Below are positions 54,980 to 64,000 of a DNA stretch of 64,000 bases, piece by piece. Where the stretch lies: assembly GCA_951406725.2 (NCBI GenBank), contig OX597817.1, positions 117,056,001-117,120,000 of the forward strand, read 5' to 3'. Position numbers and translations under genes: made by a program. A model generated the notes under the pieces. The model ran no database searches. It was not told where the DNA came from and was given only the letters and a program-made list of their open reading frames with translations. Every line of letters begins with the position of its first letter. Positions within the stretch are counted from its first letter, which is position 1. The stretch comes from Octopus vulgaris (lineage: Eukaryota).

Positions 54980-56155
54980 ATAGTTATTGTTGTAAGGCTT
55001 ATAGCGTTTTAAATAGCCATACTAACAAAATCACATTTTCATTATATATATATATATTAAATTCTTTAATATACCGATATATATATATCGGTATATTAAA
55101 GAATTTTCATTTTATCAAAAATATTCATTTCACAAACTCCGGGATTTGATAATATTCTTGAAATTGTGCCTCGTATCAAAGTTATACACCTATTTTGTGA
55201 AAACATGAAATGAAAAGATCGTATAACTGAAAGCTCAATAATAACTATCTTGTTTAACGTGCTAGAAATAGCATTGATCACAAACATATCATTGTAAGGC
55301 TTATAGCGTTCCAAGTAGCCATACCAACAAAGTCACTTCTTCATTAAAATATATATATATATATATATATATAGTTATATTAAAGAATTTTCATTTTATG
55401 AAAAATATTTATTTAACAAACTCCGGAAACTGATTATACTCTTGAAATTGTAACGCAGTGAACTTGCAGTAAGGTTAGCACGCCGAGCGAAATGCTTAGC
55501 AGTATTTCGTCTGAGTTCAAATTCCGCCGAGGTCGACTTTGTTTTATCATCTCAGTATCGATAAATTAAGTATCAGTTGCGAGCTGGGGTCGATCTAATC
55601 GACTGGGCCCCACCCCCAAAATTTGGGGCCTTGTGCCTAGAGTACAAAAGAATATTCTTGAAATTGTGCCTCGTATCAATATTATACAGATATTTGTGTA
55701 ATAGCATGCATTCATTCAACATAAAAATCACTTAAAAATTATACTGGTATATAAAAAAATATTAATTTCATCAAAAATATTCATTTCACAAACTCCGAAA
55801 GCTGATAATATTCTTTAAATTGCGCGTCTTATCAAAGTTATACAAATATTTTCTGTAATGCATTCATTCGACACAAAATCACTTAAAAATTATACCGGTA
55901 TATCAAACAAAAAATGCATTTTATCAAAAATATTCAGTTAACAAACTCCGGGAACTGATAATATTCTTGAAATTGTACCTCGTATCAAAGTTATACAGAT
56001 ATTTTCTGTAATAGCATGCATTCATTCGACACAAAATCATTTAAAAATTATACCGGTATATTAAAAAAAAAATTCATTTTATCAAAAATATTCATTTAAC
56101 AAACTCCGGAAATTGATAATATTCTTGAAATTGTGCCTCGTATCAAAGTTATATA
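54980..56155. repeat. Helitron-internal tandem repeats (~284-bp and ~155-bp periods), interrupted by a SINE at about 55455-55650
   Basis: AACTCCG.A..TGAT.AT..TCTT.AAATTG recurs at about 55135, 55419, 55791, 55944 and 56102. Confidence 0.85.
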
Positions 56156-56529
56156 GCTATTATTAAATTATCATTTTATAATGGCGAGCGAGAATGAGAG
56201 ACTGTTGCAAATAAAAACGAGAAATGTTGCCTGCAACGAATTAATAGTGTTTATCATTAAACATTAGAATCTTCTCCGCAGTGAATGCAATGAACTGGAC
56301 GCAGTGAATGCAATGAATATTTAAATTTGTGAGAATGTGGAGTTAAAGAATCCGAAATTATAGGAAATTTCTTAGAACATGAATTCATAAAAATATTTCC
56401 AGACGGTCAAGCTTTTAATATTACATTCATTTAGTAATTTTATCAATTATTACATACCTAATTAATAAGCAGTTTTCTCCATTATTATATAGATATGCAT
56501 ATATGTTCACATGTCTAGCTAGCTAGATA

Positions 56530-56553
56530 TATGGATGGATGGATGGATGGATG

Positions 56554-56620
<67 letters not shown>
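56530..56620. repeat. (GGAT)n(AGAT)n microsatellite
   Basis: direct reading. Confidence 0.95.
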
Positions 56621-56622
<2 letters not shown>

Positions 56623-57253
56623 GAGAGGGAGAGAGATAGATGTACAAACTGATGCAAAATTAAAAGAGAGAGATGGATACTTCTCTAACAAAGAAGGTAA
56701 GTAGATGCTGAAAACCAAATTTCCGTCAATGAAATACTTGTCTTACTGTAAGGTAACAGGCCAACATTTTGCTTAAATTCTCTATTGTCTAGTGGTAATT
56801 TAGCTAAAGGACAGCTTATGTCTCATATCTTAGGCATCCATCTCTTTCGGTTTGCAAACCTATTCATATTCAACAATCTAATTCATATCATTCGTATGTA
56901 TACCCAACAATGATGAATCGATACCACTTTCATTCAACCACAAAAGTGACGGTGTGTTACATAAATTAGACTTGATGTGTGTCGGCAACTTTTTTAAGTT
57001 CTAGCTCTATACTAATTTGTAGTGAACATGGCATCAATATCTTTTGTAGTCAGTCGTTGATAGTATCTCATGATGATCGATGGAGTGATTGAGCGTTTAA
57101 TATATTCGAAATTCATTTTTACTGATGTACAATCTAAGTAAGTGTATATAAATGGGCACATGAATATGTATTTGTGGAAAAGACTATAGGTAGCGATATC
57201 AATACGTATTAATAGCTGAAACCCAGTGCTTTTATATATTATAGACGATCTAG

Positions 57254-57399
<146 letters not shown>

Positions 57400-58347
57400 A
57401 GCACATAACTTCTATATTTTCATGTGTCCTGAATCATATGTGTGCATCTATATCTAATTGTATGATTGAGTACACTTGGTGTAACTAACACTATGATACA
57501 GGATATTACACATACACGTATAACTAGAAATTTGCGCACGCGCACTCACGTACACACGAAAGACATAAACACATCATTCAAAAGCGGGAACATAACCAAA
57601 AACAAAGAACAACGTAACACCATTCCAACGTGGCAGAAACATAGCAAACAACACACGGGCATCCATAGTCTCATACGCACATATGCACATGCATACGCCT
57701 ATACAGAAGAAAAGTAGTAACGAATAAAGATATACCATCTTGATCCTGCACAATAACACCAATATTCACGGAAATAGGAAGACAGCTACTAGAACGACAG
57801 TGCCCAACATTCCCGCCGCCTTTTGAGACATTCATACACACATACATGCATATGTAAATATATATATGCATGCATACATACATACATACTTAAATACATA
57901 TGTATATACATACATACGCACAGATATATGTATATCTGTGTGTGTAAAGAGAGAGAGTGATAGATAGATAATACATGGATAGATAGACAAACACGCATGC
58001 GCGCGTGAACAAGCACACATAAATATATACGGATACATATGAAACTATGTTTTCACTCTGAATGTATTAAGCTATGTACATATCAATCTACATCTATCTC
58101 TATACATATATGTATACATATATATATATGTGTGTGTGTGAGAGAGAGAAAGAGTGAGAGATAGAGCGTGTGTGTGTGTATGTGTGTTTTTATGTAGATG
58201 TATGTATTGAAAGGTGGGCGTATTAGTACTTGCATCAAGTCACTAGATGTACTGTCATCAATCAATGTCTAGAAATATTCACAGATCTCCAACACTTTAC
58301 CGTTGCACTTTTCTTCCCATACACCTTTTAGACGACGGCTGCCTGCA

Positions 58348-58363
58348 GTTGCTGCTGCTGCTG

Positions 58364-58424
<61 letters not shown>

Positions 58425-58455
58425 AACTACAACTACTACTACTACTACAACTACT
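58348..58455. repeat. (CTG)n(CTA)n microsatellite
   Basis: direct reading. Confidence 0.95.
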
Positions 58456-58771
58456 TCTAGCGTTACGTTATATATCAACAACCTTAAAAACCTAATAAAT
58501 GGATTACAGTGTCATAGAGAATCACTAGCTTCTTGAGCTTTAAGGGTTTATTAATGTTCTTATATGATTTCTCTTGTTTTGTAAATATTGTCCATTATCT
58601 CCACAAATGCATTCTGTCTCGAGGCACCATAATACAGCGGCATCGGTGGATGTGCGATGAGGATGTTATACAATGACATGACAGAAACATTGATCTCTGT
58701 GTCTCTCTCTTTGCTAGTCTTCAGCCAATTTGAATTTGAATATGTGTGGGTGTGGGTATCCACATCTATAT

Positions 58772-59264
<493 letters not shown>

Positions 59265-59429
59265 TAAAAAGTAAGGGATTACCCCAATACGATTCCCAGT
59301 TTGTTCTAGTTACATATTCAAACTATGTTATTCAACGGTAAACATATACATCTCATAAAGTTCTTATAAGTTAAGAAATTAGAGGAATATTCTGTTGGAT
59401 AATTCTAAATATATTTCCTTAACCATATA

Positions 59430-60285
59430 GGTTTCCTGCAGTATAGATATTGACAATATTATAAAAAAAGAATTACTCTGAAGTAGCACTAGCATTACGT
59501 TTAGTTCTATAATTATATACGCCCTTTATGACCGACACATGTTTCAATTGTACAGATTAGAAATCGTTGCAATTACAACCATATTATAAAACAGTGCAGT
59601 CTCTTCAGTTTCATCTGAGGGTAAGAAAGTCTTTTAAATCGGTGGGGCATCATTAATTTTCATGAGGAGATTGGCAAATCATTTGAGTTAATTTAAAGAT
59701 AAAAATAAAAGGTTCCAAATGAATCTTAGCAAATTAGTCTGATCTTTTAAAGACATTAAAAAGGACTATACGATTAAATTTGTACTGCAATACCATACAG
59801 ATCTGGAGCAAATTGAGAAGACCTATGTTTAGAAGAATTTTACAGGATTTTCACATCCAAGGGTGATGTAATATATTCTAGACAGGAACAAGCATTGAGA
59901 TGCTTGCACTTGATGAAATTCACATTTGCGAAGTAAAATTGAATAATTATCATTTAAAATATACAACGTTTTGAAATGATGGACTGAGAATGATTATCCA
60001 ATAAGAACTTGAAATTGAGATTGTCTGCATCTGACTTAACGGACAGCTCCCAACGTAGGGTTTATAAAAGAAAATCATTAAACAGCCATACTGAGGTATA
60101 TCAATTTAAGACCCTGCAGTGACGGCAACGATTTATAGTTGGATTGCAATTGCAACGATTATTAATCGGTGCAATTGAAACGTGTTGGTCCTAAAACAAG
60201 GTATATAATTATAGAATGAAAGGTAATGCTATTCCTACTTCGGAGTATTCCTTATTTTTAATATTGACAATATATATATCCACAG
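59430..60285. repeat. Old diverged inverted repeat (59430-59620 / 60090-60285) with a degenerate hammerhead
   Basis: AATTGCAACGATT..CAATTGAAAC..GTATATAATTATAGAA on opposite strands; CTGAAGA..GAAAC-atgt-GTC at 59528-59614(-). Confidence 0.65.
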
Positions 60286-60479
60286 ATAAGAAAATAATTT
60301 TAATCTCAAACGCAGATTTTTCTGCAAACTATAGATAGTTTATTCTGTTCATGCTATATTATTAGCATTATCCTGCGTTTGAGAATAAAATTATTATCTG
60401 TATCTTTCAATACCTCTCAATGCTTCTAAAGCAAACATTGTTTGTTGACTTTCAACGTAAGTTGAATTTAACACACACA

Positions 60480-60990
60480 CACACACATATATTGTTTTGA
60501 ATTTGTATGTGTATAGAATAATATATCAGTTTAATAAACTTAAAACTTAGTTTCGTTTTCATGTTTTTTTATTATGCTATTTCAACAAAATTAGTGCTTT
60601 CATACATAGGGTACTCATTTGATTTCAAATGTATTTAACGGACAGTTGAGTTCTTGACAACTTTAGTACCTCTTAGAACACTCCAACCAGCTGAATGTTT
60701 AGAACACATTTTTGACCAACTGCATTCTCTTAAACGTCACGTTTTGCCAGGCGTACCTGCATTCTGTGATTCGGTAATATATATTAATCGACATCATTGA
60801 CTGGCTGTTATAGCATTGCTTTTATTTCCGTTCAAAACAGGTTTGAACATTTTAATGAACCGTTTTTCTAAGAGGTACGAAAGTTGTCAAGAATTCAATT
60901 GTCAAACCCATTTCAAATCTGATAAGTACATTACGTATGAAAGTGTTAATTTTGTTAAAATACCACAATAGAAAACGTGAAAACCAGACT
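60480..60990 (-). mobile_element. PLE 3' end with an inverted partial pLTR
   Basis: 60822-60860 matches the ORF end at 38041-38080; 60710-60757 matches 37790-37840; 60545-60680 is inverted at 60862-60990. Confidence 0.65.
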
Positions 60991-60997
60991 GTTACTG

Positions 60998-61097
<100 letters not shown>

Positions 61098-62723
61098 TTA
61101 ATAGTGCCCTCGTATTTCACCGTTGGGAGCTTGTGTAGAATCTGAAAATAACACCAGCACTAAAACTATATTTAACAACAATCTAGAGAAAATATTACAC
61201 TTCTTGAGTATCTAAAACCACTTAGTTCAAATATAAACACACACACACACATGTATACACATATATTAGTGTGTTGTGTCTGTATGTATATGTGTGTATG
61301 TATATATGTATGGGTGATGCGTGTTCGTTTACACGGTAGTTTTATTTCGCATGTTACTGAGCAAATCTAGATAGTATAAATTTGTGGACACACTCGTTTT
61401 CGTTGATATTATCCATTATGAAGAACACAGTAGCATTAATAGCACAGCTAATTGTTGAAATAGGGATAACGATTATGATTATGTGTGTGTGTTTGTATGT
61501 TCTATGTTTATGGGTGTGTGAGTGTGTTTGTGTTTGTATCTTCTATGTGTGTGTTTGTGTGAGTGTGTAAACGCGCACGGGTGTGTGTGGTGGTGGGGTT
61601 TCATATTTTTGTACCCATTAAAGTCATGATATCTATGTTGTGTACATACTGTCTCTGTTAGCCAAAACCTAACGGTTCAACAAGTAGATATCGAAATTTA
61701 TGTTCTGTGGTAGCGGTTGCGATCTTTGAGGCAACACATCAGCATGACCGCATGACTGAAACAAGCAGAAAATGTAGGATGAGTTCTGCCGTTGAGAACG
61801 ACGTAGCTGTGTTCAGCTTTTTGCCGACCGACCTGCACAGATGATTTGTTTATAATTATTAAACTTTTGTGTTGTACATTAGTTCTCGCTCTCCATCAAA
61901 TCGATGTTATTTGAACAGTACGTCATACCACTGATGTATCGAAGTGATTGCGGAGCCTAACCACTAGGTCATGCGCACTGGCAGAAAAAGTATATTAATA
62001 TGATAAGATTTATATCTGCGTCTTTTCCATGTAGTATTTATTTTACTATTGACAGCCATTTGCACTTGAAGATATTAAAATTTTTCTCTTTCTCTTCCAT
62101 AGTTTACACGAATAAATAAAAAGAAGCATTTTAATATCTTCAAGTGAAACATTATAGACAATATAATAAATTCTGAACTTTTGCTTCTCGATCCAGTGTT
62201 AATTATTATTTCTTGCTAGTTCTATGTTCAATACAACCGGCTGTCTCATGAAATCGGTATTTTTAGTCTAAGTAACATTTTATATCAGTGTAAAGTATTT
62301 TGTACAACGCTGAGAATTTGCTCGGTTCTCTTTGAAATTTCGTCTACTTTCTATATAAGGATCATTCTTCATGAAATGAGTTTCCAGAGGTTTGCCATTG
62401 GTATTCCATTGTCTACAATGTTCGCAGTAAACAGTCCGACTGCCTTACCAACATCAGATTCGATATCGTAATTTTGAATGGCAGAGGCTAAGTGAACTAA
62501 AATGTTATTCATTCAGCTCCACAAATAAATATCACATCTGAAATTTAACAAAAATTCAAATTATTTTTCTTAGGGGAGTACGTTCTCGTCGACTTCATTG
62601 ATATCAGGGTTCAACTGGTACCTATTTTCCTCTGTGGAATTTCATCTCAGAACGTGGGGACAGACGTAATGCCACTGAGCATTTCGCCCAGCTCATCTTG
62701 CTTAGGATACAAGCTCACCGCTA

Positions 62724-62726
62724 ATA

Positions 62727-62761
<35 letters not shown>

Positions 62762-62818
62762 AATGATGATAATGACGACGACGACGACGACGATGATGAT
62801 GATGATGATGATGATGAT
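62724..62818. repeat. (GAT)n/(GAC)n microsatellite
   Basis: direct reading. Confidence 0.95.
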
Positions 62819-63310
62819 CCTTTCTTTATTGGCTACAAGGGCAGAACACAAAAACATATAGGGACAATAGAGAACAAGGGACAAGTGAAGTTTAAAACAG
62901 AAATCGTGCGAAGTATAAAAAACAAAATCAGTTAACAAAAATATCTAACAATTAAATTCCACAAAGGGGGAGTTCCGTCTAGGACCTACCAGTGCACCCC
63001 ACACATCCTGGTCACCCCAACTGCTAAGGGCACGCCAGGTAGGCTCTTCTCTTTCCCTCAACTGATCCGGCGTAAGGGCGAACATTCAGTGTACGCCCAT
63101 TTACATGAGCCATTTTCGCAACATTCGCCCACATTTCAATAAATCTACCGGGTAAACATTACTTCCCTCTCTAACCTCACTTTCCTTTTCAAGTGGAACT
63201 GAAAAAACGTCAATGAGGACTCGGCCAAAGAGAGAAATGTCTGTCTTCAGTCCTTTCGCCCTCGTCCACCACACTACACTTTCGCTATAGCCACCACCCG
63301 GCCAAAAGAA
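62819..63310 (-). mobile_element. Probable L1/Tx1-type LINE 3' fragment
   Basis: VAIAK.VVWWTR.KGL..FHLKRKVRLERE..FIEMW resembles a Tx1-like ORF2 end; 3' UTR ends AATAAAGAAA plus (ATC)n. Confidence 0.5.
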
Positions 63311-63334
63311 GCGATTGGGTGATACTCACGATGG

Positions 63335-63450
63335 ATTCTCATCCGTTCGGGGTCGATAAATTAAGTACCAGTTGCGTACTGGAGTCGATCAAATCGACTG
63401 GCTCCCTCCCCATAATTTCAGTCCTTGTGCCTAGAGTAGAAAAAAATATT
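63335..63450 (+). mobile_element. GTCGAC-core SINE 3' half (further copies at about 62575-62720 and 63885-63997, minus strand)
   Basis: TCGGGGTCGATAAATTAAGTACCAGTTGCGTACTGG..CCTTGTGCCTAGAGTAGAA. Confidence 0.8.
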
Positions 63451-64000
63451 TGTAATTCTATAGTTGTGAAATATGAAAGAAAGGATAGAAAATCGGCCAC
63501 CTTACAATAATTGTCATTAGAAGTATACACTGGAACGGGAAAAAAAAGATCTTCTCGTTACACAACTGTATCGTTTAGTTAGCATAGATTATGTAATTAA
63601 GTTATAAAGTTAGCAGTGATAATATGCAATTAAAAAGTAAAGTAAATATTATTGTGTAGACTTTGAATGTAACAGATGACCATTAACTTGCTTGAGTCTA
63701 ATACAAAAGAAATTGGTAGAAATACAATTCTAAAAGCCAATATGATAAAAAACAAAAATAATCAATGTAGAATATTTAAATGTTGAAGTGGAATCGAGTT
63801 TCAAATATCGACAAATATTAAGAAGTACTAATTTTAAATGCGTGGCAGTGAAATAGTTATGGATGTATTATATTTTCAATCCAGAGAAAATGAATAGCAA
63901 AGCCAACCTCGACGGAATATGAACTCAGAATGTAAAGACGAATGAAACATCTCTAAAGAATTTGCACGTCTGGGTAGCAATTCTGCTAGCTCGCCACTTT

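Larger units (their letters stand above)
52859..56493 (-). mobile_element. Internally deleted Helitron with both termini
   Basis: 5' A|TCTATATAATAA at 56493; 3' hairpin ending CTAG|T at 52859-52896; PIF1-helicase remnant; internal tandem repeats. Confidence 0.8.

Noticed and set aside
54980-56155. Regularly spaced repeats suggesting a CRISPR array
   Set aside because: Whole units repeat with no unique spacers; eukaryotic Helitron context; no cas genes
58247-58536. Poly-L, poly-T, poly-V ORFs, and the poly-D ORF at 62654
   Set aside because: Trinucleotide microsatellite translations

Overview
Eukaryotic, AT-rich, microsatellite-rich DNA with no host protein-coding exon that I can support. 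The repeat landscape looks like a cephalopod (Octopus-like) intron or intergenic region; this is an inference. The window is a mosaic of transposable elements: a decayed RTE LINE; two near-identical 5'-truncated CR1/L2-group LINEs, one nested in a mariner relic; an apparently full-length LINE whose ORF1 combines a Myb/SANT(trihelix)-like N-terminus, a polyQ linker and a CCCH zinc-finger array; Tc1 and mariner relics; a 3.6-kb Helitron with both termini; tRNA-derived SINEs; and many Penelope-like element (PLE) remnants. The most striking signal is a set of type I hammerhead-ribozyme motifs in PLE terminal repeats, one family showing compensatory base-pair changes. Several sit in long, almost spacer-less fold-back palindromes with a one-sided tail, each embedded in (TA)n. 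Coordinates and alignments were read by eye, so boundaries are approximate.
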